A DNA stretch of 64,000 nt from an uncultured delta proteobacterium (lineage in GTDB: Bacteria > Myxococcota_A > Polyangia > Polyangiales > Polyangiaceae). The notes under the pieces are model-generated. The model made no database searches and was not told the origin of the DNA. It worked only from the letters and a program-made list of their open reading frames with translations. The DNA is taken from positions 889,823-953,822 of the forward strand of contig CAWKKR010000001.1 of assembly GCA_963850305.1 (NCBI GenBank). The letters run 5' to 3'. Position 1 is the first letter of the stretch, and every line of letters begins with the position of its first letter. This document shows positions 19,107-28,273 of the stretch, one piece after another. The translations under genes were made by a program, and so were the position numbers.

Positions 19107-20246
19107 ATGAAGCTCCTAGCAAAGGTCTCGATCGCCGTCTCGCTTTCCACGTCTGGGTGCGGGCTATTCGGGGGACTCCGGGTCGACTCCGTCGCAACGT
19201 CGATTCAGAAGCCGAGCAACGTCGCGTTCTACGTGTCCGTACGCCACGGGGACCACGCTGCGCTGGGCCTCTTCGAGAAGAATTTCCTCATCTCGGAGGA
19301 CGGGAAGGACCTGTCGACGGAGGAGACGCGCCAGACCTTGCTCCCTCGCGACATGGCAGCCGTGCACCGCGCGCTTCTGCTCGTCGACATGAGCGGCCCG
19401 ATTGCCGACGGCGACACGCGACAGCGCATCGCCGAGGCCGTCGCGCGATTCGTTTCTCGCGCGCACGTGGCCGAGCCCGTGACGGTGTACGCGTTCGACG
19501 GAGGGGCGGCACTGCATCTCGTCGGCGAGTATCCGCAGGGAACGGAGGAGATCACCGACGTCCCGGCGCTCGCGACATACTCGCCCTCCGATCCCTCGAG
19601 CAATCTCGACGGCGCGGTCATCGAGGCGATGACACAACTCGACGCGCGGTTGATGATGGCCGAGAAGCCCGTGCGAGTCGGCTCGCTCATCGTGTTCGCG
19701 CGGGGACCCGATCTTGCCGGACGCGTGCCGGAGAGCAAAATGCGGGATGCGCTCGACGAGTCAAAGGCACTCGTCTTCGCGATCTCGATCAAGGACACAC
19801 CTGGCTTCCGGGCGAGCCGGATCGGCCGCGACGGCGCGTTCGAAGCGGAGTCGAGCGAGTCAATCCTCCACGCGTTCGACAATGCAGGCGGACGGGTCGC
19901 CGAAGCTGTCGGACGTTATTACCTGCTCTCGTATTGCACGCCTGCCCGCGCCGGCATGCGGCACGTCCGTATCGAGGTCGTGACGAACGACGACGAGGGC
20001 AAGCAGATCAGCGGCACTATGTCAGCGGACTTCGACGCCTCGGGATTCACGTCCGGCTGCGACCCCACGCAGCGCCCGAGATTCGTCGTGCAACCGGATC
20101 CCGAAGCACACGACAGAGGTGCTTCACGTGCCACGCAACCCGAGGACAGGACCCGGAAGCCCTCCGCACCGAAGTCCGCGACACCGGCGCCGGACGACGG
20201 CGATGGCGTCGTGCCCCCACCCTCCAAACCCGGCTATGCGCAGTGA
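19107..20246 (+). CDS. VWA-like domain lipoprotein
   Basis: Signal peptide MKLLAKVSIAVSLSTSGC; MIDAS-like LLLVDMSG; alternative start ATG 19071 overlaps the restored NUDIX stop. Confidence 0.8.
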   Translation: MKLLAKVSIAVSLSTSGCGLFGGLRVDSVATSIQKPSNVAFYVSVRHGDHAALGLFEKNFLISEDGKDLSTEETRQTLLPRDMAAVHRALLLVDMSGPIADGDTRQRIAEAVARFVSRAHVAEPVTVYAFDGGAALHLVGEYPQGTEEITDVPALATYSPSDPSSNLDGAVIEAMTQLDARLMMAEKPVRVGSLIVFARGPDLAGRVPESKMRDALDESKALVFAISIKDTPGFRASRIGRDGAFEAESSESILHAFDNAGGRVAEAVGRYYLLSYCTPARAGMRHVRIEVVTNDDEGKQISGTMSADFDASGFTSGCDPTQRPRFVVQPDPEAHDRGASRATQPEDRTRKPSAPKSATPAPDDGDGVVPPPSKPGYAQ

Positions 20247-20605
20247 CCGAGCCGACCGGCGCGCTCGTCGAGCTCGTCGATGACGAACGCATCGTCGAGC
20301 GGGGGGCGATGCGAACGACGTGGTTCGTTCGACAGGGAGAGTCCTGGACCCGGGCCGCGGAATGGCCCGGCGCGGCGACCGAGCGCCGGGATACCGGGCC
20401 GGGAACCGTCTGGGAGCGTGCCACTCGGGTTACCCTGCCGGCAGGAACGAAGCTCATGCGCGTCGAGACGCGTCCGCGCAAAGAGACCAGCCGGGACCCA
20501 CTTTCATATCTGACGAGCGAGATCCGGCGGCCTCCTCGCGCGACCCGCCGAACCTACTTTCGAGTCGGACCAGGTGGACGCCTCCATGCGCTCGCGCGAG
20601 ACTGA
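20243..20605 (+). CDS. Hypothetical protein
   Basis: GTG start overlapping the upstream stop (GTGA); protein-like 120-aa sequence. Confidence 0.65.
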   Translation: MTEPTGALVELVDDERIVERGAMRTTWFVRQGESWTRAAEWPGAATERRDTGPGTVWERATRVTLPAGTKLMRVETRPRKETSRDPLSYLTSEIRRPPRATRRTYFRVGPGGRLHALARD

Positions 20606-20689
20606 GCGCCGACTGTTGCCGAATCGCGATCGTTCATCTACGTTTCGCGGGAGGCCGCGTGACCGCGGATCGATCAGAGGAAAAGCACC

Positions 20690-20902
20690 TTGGCGATTGA
20701 AGTGGAGTCTCTGAAATCCGAGCGGGAGCGACTGAAAGGTCAGCTTCGTGAACTCGAGGCCGAACAACGCAAGGCCGAGGCGGACTTGAAGGTTCTCCGG
20801 CAGAAGGAAATCCGCGGGAAGCGAGAGCTGGAGGCACTCTCCACTCTCATCGAGCTCCACGAGGCCAAGGTCGAGCACGTGGAGACGCCGGCGACCGGCT
20901 GA
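20690..20902 (+). CDS. Small coiled-coil protein (70 aa)
   Basis: AGAGGA Shine-Dalgarno upstream of TTG; heptad-rich E/K/R/L sequence. Confidence 0.75.
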   Translation: MAIEVESLKSERERLKGQLRELEAEQRKAEADLKVLRQKEIRGKRELEALSTLIELHEAKVEHVETPATG

Positions 20903-20906
20903 GGCA

Positions 20907-21323
20907 TCACAGCTTCGTCTTCCCGAGCGACAGAATCCGCTTGAAGTGGGCTGCGGATGCGGGAACGACCGACAGCCGAGATTTCTTCAGCAGCGCGAAA
21001 TCGGCGAGCGCGGCATCGGTCTTCATCTCCGCGAGCGAGACCGGCCGGGTCAGGGCCTTCACCGGTTCGAGGTCCACGGACGACCAATCCCCGTTCTTGG
21101 CGGTCCGATCGGGATAGGCCTCCCGGACGACCCGGGCGACGCCCACTACGGCCTTGTCCTCGTTCGAATGGTAGTAAAGGACGAGATCTCCGGTCTTCAT
21201 TGAGCGCAAATTATTGCGTGCCTCGAAATTTCGGACCCCGTCCCACCCCGTGCGGCCGTCGGCGACGAAACGATCCCACGAGTAAACACTGGGCTCGCTC
21301 TTCGCCAAAAAATACTGCGTCAT
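20907..21323 (-). CDS. EVE domain protein (PUA-like)
   Basis: YFLAKSEP, WDGVRNFEARNNL, GDLVLYYHSN and RLSVVP motifs. Confidence 0.93.
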   Translation of the reverse strand: MTQYFLAKSEPSVYSWDRFVADGRTGWDGVRNFEARNNLRSMKTGDLVLYYHSNEDKAVVGVARVVREAYPDRTAKNGDWSSVDLEPVKALTRPVSLAEMKTDAALADFALLKKSRLSVVPASAAHFKRILSLGKTKL

Positions 21324-21453
21324 CCGGATAGCCTGGGTTCGTAGCTCGCTTGCCTGCCGGGGTGAACCCGTCTCGTGTTGGGTGGACGGGCGACGCGGGT
21401 TATGCTCAGAAACGCTAGCTTGGGATGCTTTCTCGCGATCCCCGGAGGTTTGG

Positions 21454-23847
21454 ATGCTTCGGCTCAGAGCAATCGGCAGCCTCGGTTCTGCACTGATCTT
21501 GTCGGCGGCCGCGGCAGGGTGCAGCAGCCCGGCGTCGACCCCCAGTTCGCAAGACTCCGGCGTTTCGGACGCGTCCATCGCCGCTGGCGGGGCGAGTGCC
21601 GACGCGGCCGTCGTCGACGCGGGACCGCCAAGCCTCTGTGGCAACGGGCGGCTCGATCCCGGCGAGCAGTGCGACGACGGTAACGAGAAGAACAAGGACG
21701 GCTGTGACGACACGTGTGTCTTCTCGTGCGTCCACGGCGTGAGCGACGACGTGTGCAGCGACGGGAACTATTGCAACGGCCCCGAGGTCTGTAACGCGGA
21801 CCACACCTGCGGCCCCTCGACGGGACCCCTCGCCGACGGCACGATCTGCGGCCAGGCCAACAAGTGTCAGGCCGGCGTGTGCCAGACCGCCGCGGCCGAT
21901 TGCGGGGATTCCCTGGTCGAGCCCCCGGAGGAATGTGACAACGGCAGCGCGGGCGATTCCGCGGGCTGCGTCGCCTGCCGCTTCACGTGCGTATCATCGG
22001 ACCCCACACGTAACTGCATTCCCGCGGATTCGTGCGCCGGCAAGGGATCGTGCGACGACGGCACTCACGTGTGCACGCCGGGAACGCCCCTGAAGGACCT
22101 GACGCCGTGCGGCTCGGGAGAAGCGTGCATATCGGGAGCGTGCACGAGCCACTACTGCTCGAACGGACAAGTCGACCCAGGCGAGGAATGTGATGACGGC
22201 AATCTCGTCGCTGGCGACGGCTGCGAACCCGATTGCAAGTTCACGTGCCTGGCGTCCGACACCACGCGAAACTGCCACTCTTCCAACACGTGCATCAACT
22301 CGGGGCTGTGTAGCTCGAGCACGCATCTGTGCTCTCCGCTCCTGCCCAAAACCGCAGGCACGGCGTGCGGCACCAAGGACGACTGCGTCGCGGGCAACTG
22401 CGTCCAGCCAATCTGTGGGGACGGAATCGTCGCTCAAGGGATCGAGGAGTGCGACGACGGCAACTCCGTCGACGGCGACGGCTGCGATACCAACTGCACC
22501 TTCAGCTGCCACGCAGCCACGGCCGCGACCGACTGCGCGGCGAAGACGCCGAGCTGCCGGAGCGCGACGTGCTCCGCCGGGCACGTGTGCTCGAGCGTCG
22601 CGGATAACGCCAACACCGCGGCTTGCACATTTGGAGCGATGGGGTCTACCACGACGAGCACGTGCGCCGGCGGGAACTGCGGGACGTGCGGCAACGGCAC
22701 CGTCGACACCGGAGAGCAATGCGACGACGGCAACGCCGTCTCCGGTGACGGCTGCGAGCCGAACTGCACCTTCTCTTGCACGGCCAGCGCCAGCTGCGAC
22801 GACGGGGATCCTTGCAACGGAGCGGAGACCTGCAACACGACGACGCACCAGTGCGCGCTGGGGACGAGCGAGGCAACGGGGACGACCTGCGGGACCGGTA
22901 AGGTCTGCATCGACGCTTCGTGCCGGCCGAGCATCTGCGGGGACGGCTACACGGACGCCACAAAGAACGAAACGTGTGATCCACCGAACACCGTCGGCTG
23001 TGACGCCTCCTGCAAGGCCCTCACCCTTTGCGACATCAGCGGCGACTGGGCCCTCAAGGTGACCGAGTCCGTCAGCTGGGGAGACGGCCAGGTGCTGCTC
23101 CAGGCCACCGGCCAGATCTATCAGTGGGCGAAGCTCAGCATCACGCAGACTGGCACGGCCTTCACGGCCACCCTGCGCGCCTGCGGCCTCACGATCCCCG
23201 ACTTTCACACGTCCGTCGCGCTCGGCGACGAGTGGTACGGCACGGCATTCCCGAACGCCATGTTCGATAAATCCACGATGCCGACGTTCTCGCTCACAGG
23301 CTCACTCAGCAACGTCGCGCCGGGAGCCGACGTCGAGATCCGGCAATCCGCGGTTCTGCTCGGACTCACGATCCCGACGACGGAGGCCGCCTCCGTGCTG
23401 TGGCCCGACGACCCGGCGGATCTGCTCCCGGCCAACGGTTTCACCATCGTCGACCAGGACAGTGACGGCAATCCGGGGATCACCGCTCTCGCCAAGACGG
23501 GAACGATCCCTGCGGGGTCCCCCGGCGCGGGAGCGACGTACCGGGATCCGATCGAGGATCTCTCGAACGGGCTCGATGACCCCGGGCGCGCGAATGAGCT
23601 CTACCTGGTCATCCGGCAAATAACGTCCCAGTCCGGCACGCTGAACTCGTGCACGTCGATGAGCGGCACCTCGACGGCGTCGATCGACAACCACATCATC
23701 GGGTGCCAGGTGGACGGCGGCGGCACCTGCTCCCTTGCGCTGCTCGACGGCGCGAGGCCGCTGTACACGGTCAGCCAGGCATTGTTCAGCGCGAGCAAGG
23801 TGACGACCGGCGCGGCCTGCGCCGCGGTGAGGGCGGCGCAGCCATGA
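21454..23847 (+). CDS. Cys-rich lipoprotein with Myxococcus cysteine-rich (DUF4215-type) repeats
   Basis: Lipobox AAGC; repeated CGNG..D.GEQCDDGN...GDGC...C units; Cys-poor C-terminal domain. Confidence 0.9.
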   Translation: MLRLRAIGSLGSALILSAAAAGCSSPASTPSSQDSGVSDASIAAGGASADAAVVDAGPPSLCGNGRLDPGEQCDDGNEKNKDGCDDTCVFSCVHGVSDDVCSDGNYCNGPEVCNADHTCGPSTGPLADGTICGQANKCQAGVCQTAAADCGDSLVEPPEECDNGSAGDSAGCVACRFTCVSSDPTRNCIPADSCAGKGSCDDGTHVCTPGTPLKDLTPCGSGEACISGACTSHYCSNGQVDPGEECDDGNLVAGDGCEPDCKFTCLASDTTRNCHSSNTCINSGLCSSSTHLCSPLLPKTAGTACGTKDDCVAGNCVQPICGDGIVAQGIEECDDGNSVDGDGCDTNCTFSCHAATAATDCAAKTPSCRSATCSAGHVCSSVADNANTAACTFGAMGSTTTSTCAGGNCGTCGNGTVDTGEQCDDGNAVSGDGCEPNCTFSCTASASCDDGDPCNGAETCNTTTHQCALGTSEATGTTCGTGKVCIDASCRPSICGDGYTDATKNETCDPPNTVGCDASCKALTLCDISGDWALKVTESVSWGDGQVLLQATGQIYQWAKLSITQTGTAFTATLRACGLTIPDFHTSVALGDEWYGTAFPNAMFDKSTMPTFSLTGSLSNVAPGADVEIRQSAVLLGLTIPTTEAASVLWPDDPADLLPANGFTIVDQDSDGNPGITALAKTGTIPAGSPGAGATYRDPIEDLSNGLDDPGRANELYLVIRQITSQSGTLNSCTSMSGTSTASIDNHIIGCQVDGGGTCSLALLDGARPLYTVSQALFSASKVTTGAACAAVRAAQP

Positions 23848-25298
23848 GACTCGAACTGACCCTCTCGGCTGGGATGGCGGCGCGCCGCGCGCCTCATGTT
23901 ATGTTTCAGGTCGTGCTTCGATCGGCCCTGTTCGCCCTTCCCTTTCTCGGCCTGTCGCTCTCCCTCGTCGGATGCGACGTCTATAATTCGTCGCTCCTGA
24001 CGTCAAAGCCTGGCACCGGCGGTGCCGCGGGCTCGACCGGCGGCGTCTCGAACGAAGCTGGCCCGGTGTGCGACCACATCACGTATCCGCCGAAGGTGAA
24101 TGCCTCCGGAGATTCCGGAACCGGCGGGGATATCGAGATCGTCACGGTGCAGAGCAACGTCGATCTCGGAGACAGCACTCCCAACCCGACGGTGGAACCC
24201 ACCGCGTACCGAACCATCGGGTTCGATCTCGACGACACGTGCACCACGGCCGCAAACCCGAAAGCCGGGCAGTGCGTCGTGACCGGACCCGGCGTCATTG
24301 ATGGCCCCGAAGGGCAGGACAACGCGCTCGGCGCGATCACGCAATTCGTCCGGGACCGGATCACGACATTCAGCTCGGCGCTCTACACGGAGCAGCTTCA
24401 CGATCAGGGCTCGGCGAACGCCATCGTCCATATCAGCGGGTACAACGGCCAGGCGAATGACGATCAGGTTCGGGCCGAGGTCATGGTGACGGCGCCCTTC
24501 GACGCGTTCAACCCGGGCTCGAAGCCGAAATGGGACGGTACCGACGTCTGGCCGATCGCATCCGACTCGGTGCTCAACAAGAACCGGGCAACCCCGCTCT
24601 TCGTCGACACGAACGCATACGTCACTAACTACCACGTCGTCGTCAGCCTCAAGCAGGCGTCGCTGCGGCTCCTCGTGGCGCTCGAGGGCAACCAGAATCC
24701 CGTCAACCTCTCGCTGAACCTCTGGGGCGCTTTCACGGTCTGCACACTGGTCCCCTCCACCGTCGGCCACTGGGGCTGGACCGCGCAGGACTGCACGCTC
24801 GCCGGCCGCTGGCAGGCTGATGATCTGGTGCACCAGCTCTCCCATTTCCCCGATCCTCTATCGCCCGCGACCGCGCCCACGCCGCTCTGCGACAAGCCCG
24901 GCTCGTATCCTGCATTCAAGGACGCGATCTGCAGTCTGATGGACGTCTACACGTTCGGCGTCCCCGGGCCCGGGATCCCGTGCGATGCGCTCTCCGTCGG
25001 GGTGAAGTTCGACATGGCGCCGGCAAATCTCGGCGACGTGTACGACGTGAGCCCCGTCGGCGAACTGTGCCCGCCGGGCGAACAGCCCAGCCAGGACTCG
25101 TGCGAGGGCTCTCCCGACGCCGGCAGTGGCGGCGCGACCGGCTCCGGCGGCGCGACCGGCTCCGGCGGCGCGAGCGGCTCCGGCGGCGCGAGCGGGGGAA
25201 CCGGAGGAACCCGGGAGCGCGACGCTAGCACGACGCATGACGCCGGCTCGCACGACGCGAGCGTGACGGACGCTTCGAAAGACGCTAGCCGCGAGTGA
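23844..25298 (+). CDS. Hypothetical lipoprotein with Gly-rich linkers
   Basis: ATGA coupling to the upstream gene; lipobox LVGC; IGFDLDDTCT..DGPEGQDN motif. Confidence 0.82.
   Translation: MRLELTLSAGMAARRAPHVMFQVVLRSALFALPFLGLSLSLVGCDVYNSSLLTSKPGTGGAAGSTGGVSNEAGPVCDHITYPPKVNASGDSGTGGDIEIVTVQSNVDLGDSTPNPTVEPTAYRTIGFDLDDTCTTAANPKAGQCVVTGPGVIDGPEGQDNALGAITQFVRDRITTFSSALYTEQLHDQGSANAIVHISGYNGQANDDQVRAEVMVTAPFDAFNPGSKPKWDGTDVWPIASDSVLNKNRATPLFVDTNAYVTNYHVVVSLKQASLRLLVALEGNQNPVNLSLNLWGAFTVCTLVPSTVGHWGWTAQDCTLAGRWQADDLVHQLSHFPDPLSPATAPTPLCDKPGSYPAFKDAICSLMDVYTFGVPGPGIPCDALSVGVKFDMAPANLGDVYDVSPVGELCPPGEQPSQDSCEGSPDAGSGGATGSGGATGSGGASGSGGASGGTGGTRERDASTTHDAGSHDASVTDASKDASRE
25128..25198 (+). repeat. 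In-frame 18-bp tandem repeat (GGCGGCGCGA(C/G)CGGCTCC, about 4 copies) encoding GGATGS/GGASGS
   Basis: Directly visible tandem units within the lipoprotein tail. Confidence 0.85.
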
Positions 25299-26007
25299 GT
25301 CCGACCGCCGCAGCGACGTCGTCTCGATAGGCGCTCCACGCAGCGAGCGCGCTCTCCATCACTTCGAGCACGCCTGGTCGCGCCTCGTCGGAGACGTGGT
25401 CCAGCAGAATACGCCATGCCGCTTGCCGATGATGCCCCTCGACACTCCTGTGAGCCTTCGTCAGGGCGAGCGACTCGAGCGGCAACCCATAGTGGACGAC
25501 GAGCGGATGCCGTTCGAGCGGCGCGACCGGGCGCTTCGCGGCGTGCACGTCGACCTCCCCGCGCTCGTACTCCGTGCCTTCGACGAAGATCGTCGTGACG
25601 GCGGCCGCCGCTTCCCAGCCATGCCGCTCCGTCGACTCATCCAGCACCGCGCGATACGCCCTCGCCCCGGGCAGCAACTCGACGCGGTCGAATCGCGACA
25701 GATCCATACCGAGTCCGCGCGGGTACTCGAGGAACAGCTCCGGATGCGGCCGCTTCGCGACGAGCCCGCCCGTCTCTTCCTCGTACAGATTCTCGGCGAG
25801 CTCGCGTCGCACCGCGGGGATGGGACAGGCCACGTAGGCCCGTCCGACCATGACCGGAAAGTCCCGCACGTAGGTCGCGTACTCTTGCTCGAAGTGAACG
25901 TTGAGTTTTGCCCTGGGAACCGTACCGTCGCCGAAGGAACGCCACGCCCAGTGCGTTTTTCGTTCCATGACTCGGAGCAGCCGCTCCTGAAAATCGTCGC
26001 GCGTCAT
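25285..26007 (-). CDS. Heme-oxygenase-like iron-containing redox enzyme (PqqC/TenA/CADD superfamily)
   Basis: ENLYEEETGG...HPELF, FVEG and AHRSVEGHH candidate metal ligands. Confidence 0.82.
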   Translation of the reverse strand: MTRDDFQERLLRVMERKTHWAWRSFGDGTVPRAKLNVHFEQEYATYVRDFPVMVGRAYVACPIPAVRRELAENLYEEETGGLVAKRPHPELFLEYPRGLGMDLSRFDRVELLPGARAYRAVLDESTERHGWEAAAAVTTIFVEGTEYERGEVDVHAAKRPVAPLERHPLVVHYGLPLESLALTKAHRSVEGHHRQAAWRILLDHVSDEARPGVLEVMESALAAWSAYRDDVAAAVGLTRG

Positions 26008-26070
26008 GCGTGCTCGATTGGACCACGCGCAACGCTTTTCGGACAATTCCCGGGAGGGACCGCGGCTCGC

Positions 26071-27205
26071 TCAGCCCGCCTTGGCGGCCCGGAATCCGCT
26101 CTGCCTCGGGGTCACCTCGGATTTCGGCAGCAGCTCCAGGTGAACCCGGTCGCCCCCCGCTTGCTTTGCCCGATAGGCACCCTCATCCGCCGCGGAAAGC
26201 AACATCGTCAGACTGTCTTCGGGCTGCGCGATCGCGAGCCCGAGGCTGGCGGTCACCGGGCGTCGCGGATCGGCCTCCGTGCCGACCTGATGGACCGTCC
26301 GCACGAGACGCTCCGCGACGACCAGCGCCTGCTCGGTATCCGTATCCGGAAGCAGCGCCACGAACTCGTCCCCGCCAAAGCGGCCGACCACGTCGATGGC
26401 GCGCGTACACTCCTGAATCGCAACGGCGATGCGACGCAAGAGCTCATCTCCGGCTAGGTGACCCTGTTCGTCATTGACGTGCTTGAAGCGGTCGAGATCC
26501 ATCATGAGGATGGCCATCGGGTGACCGCGGTGCATGCGGAGCAACTCTTCTTCCGCGCGCCGGACGAAGTAGCGGCGGTTGTAGAGCTGCGTCAGCGGAT
26601 CTCTCTGACTCAGATGCTCGAGTTGCGCGTTCGCGTCCCGGAACTGTTGCTCACGGAACCGGAGCGCGCGCGCGATCCGAATCGGAGACCCACGTCGAGA
26701 CCGAGACGAGCGTCGCGACGACGACAGCGGCGCGCAAGGCGCTGGCGACCGAGGGAACGAAGCTCGTGAACTCGGGCACGTCCGGCGCGTAAGGCAACCA
26801 GCGAAGCGCCTCGGCGCAGGAAACCGCGGTGTACGCGACGACCCCGAGAGCCCCGAGCACGCGCGCGGCCCAGGGCGCCACGACGAGCGCGTTGAACATC
26901 GCGGCGAGGACGTACGACGCGACGAGTGGCGTCGACTGCGTGCCGAGCCGATGCACGAGGAAGGTGATGAACGCGACGTCCATGCTGCCGCCCAAGAGCA
27001 CCCGCGCGACGCCGCCGAATCGCCTCTGGATCGCGATCTGGAAACCGACGGCGCACGCGGCGTAAGCAACCAGCACCCACTCGAACCGGAGCAGTGGGGG
27101 CGCAAACAGGGGGAGCGCGACGGCGGAGAAGAGCCCGAGAGCGACGCGTACTGACGATGCGCGCAGGCTGTCTTCCTGATTTTCCGCGAACCCGATGGTA
27201 ACCAT
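26071..27205 (-). pseudogene. Membrane diguanylate cyclase (GGDEF) split by a +1 frameshift at about 26680
   Basis: N-terminal multi-TM part in one frame; DPLTQLYNRRYF, RAID I-site and RFGGDEF in another; removing one base in GATTCGG restores WVSD-RIARAL. Confidence 0.85.
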
Positions 27206-27305
27206 GGAGTCCCGCGGCGCCGTCTTCGAACCCGGCAGGCCGCTCCGTGTTCGTTTCAATAGCAGCATGTACCGCTTCTGGCCCAGCGCGCAATTCCCCT
27301 GCCTG

Positions 27306-27320
27306 GCGGTTTTTTTGCCA
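27306..27320 (-). promoter_or_regulatory. Possible sigma-54 -24/-12 promoter for the GGDEF gene
   Basis: Minus strand TGGCAAAAAAACCGC has GG-N10-GC spacing; -12 box is imperfect (CCGC rather than TTGC). Confidence 0.25.
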
Positions 27321-27564
27321 CAGGCATGTATGGAAACCAGCGCCAGCGACTCACCTTCCCCGTCACCACCATACGGGACAAGCTATCAACTCTTTCGCGT
27401 CACCCGTTCGACGCCAGGGAGAAACGAGCGCGGTACTGACGATACCGTGATCACGGGCACTGGCCGACCGGGTCACGCCTCGCCGACAGGAATCGCGCGC
27501 TCGAGTGATCGAGACTCGGGGCGACGCACGGGCACGCACGGGGCGAAGCAATCTCGACGCGCAT

Positions 27565-27590
27565 AAAGTGACCACCTCGGTAGTCACTTT
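27565..27590. promoter_or_regulatory. 26-bp near-perfect palindrome, probable operator
   Basis: AAAGTGACcACC-TC-GGTaGTCACTTT in the intergenic region between the GGDEF gene and the tRNA. Confidence 0.5.
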
Positions 27591-27734
27591 CACGCCCAAG
27601 GCACGCCCGCAGGATGCGCCGGAGTTCCGCTTCCGGCTACGACCCGGGACGCGAGGTCAGCACACGAGCCCGAGCCCTGCGGACGGCGAACCTCTTGCGA
27701 CAGCGCCGCGCGCGTGTCACCTTCCCGCGCTGCC

Positions 27735-27808
27735 GCCCCCGTAGCTCAGTTGGATAGAGCAGGGCTTTCCTAAAGCCAAGGTCGCAAGTTCGACTCTTGC
27801 CGGGGGCG
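27735..27808 (+). tRNA. tRNA-Arg(CCT)
   Basis: Acceptor stem GCCCCCG/CGGGGGC, D-arm TAGCTCAGTTGGATAGAGC, anticodon loop TTCCTAA, T-loop GTTCGAC; CCA not encoded. Confidence 0.95.
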
Positions 27809-27905
27809 CCCGGAGAAATGGCGAGCGGCCAGTGAGTCCACTCGTCGCGCTCGCAATGACGTACCCGCGGTGGCCCGGCCTCGACGCCAATGGTACCGCT
27901 TCGTC

Positions 27906-28241
27906 ATGACTGCACGTCTTCTCATGATGTCGGGCTTCGGACTCGTCGCGTGTGCCTGCGCGCTCTCGGGTTGTTATGCCGAAGCGGACGGTACCATCCC
28001 GCCGCCGGAGTACGCCTATGGCTATGCGCCGGTGTACGATAACGGTTACGTCGTCTACTACGACGATGTGGGTCGGCCCTTCTATTATGGGGACCACGGT
28101 GCCGTCTGGGTGTTCCCGAACGATCCGCTGTACCCGGGGCTCGTCGCGCACTGGCACACGTTCGGACCCGCGTATCACCGCTGGTACGCACACGGCGGCG
28201 ACCGCTTCAGGGCGTATCACTTTCACGGTCACCGGCGCTGA
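27906..28241 (+). CDS. Small Tyr/His-rich lipoprotein
   Basis: Lipobox LSGC; aromatic-rich mature part (YAYGYAPVYDNGYVVYYDD). Confidence 0.72.
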   Translation: MTARLLMMSGFGLVACACALSGCYAEADGTIPPPEYAYGYAPVYDNGYVVYYDDVGRPFYYGDHGAVWVFPNDPLYPGLVAHWHTFGPAYHRWYAHGGDRFRAYHFHGHRR

Positions 28242-28273
28242 CATACTCAGCCGGGTCTGCCCGCAGCGCCCAC

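Noticed and set aside
20907..21323. EVE protein as part of a modification-dependent restriction system
   Set aside because: Standalone EVE with no fused or adjacent nuclease
21630..23030. Recurring TGCGACGACGGCAAC-type repeats resembling an array
   Set aside because: They are in-frame Cys-rich protein repeats with irregular spacing, not CRISPR
27420..27460. Hammerhead-like core (GAAA ... CTGACGA)
   Set aside because: Only about 11 nt separate the elements, too few for stems I and III, and no GAAA follows the candidate stem II
27735..28241. tRNA-Arg as an integration site for a genomic island
   Set aside because: No integrase and no duplicated tRNA 3' end seen in the window
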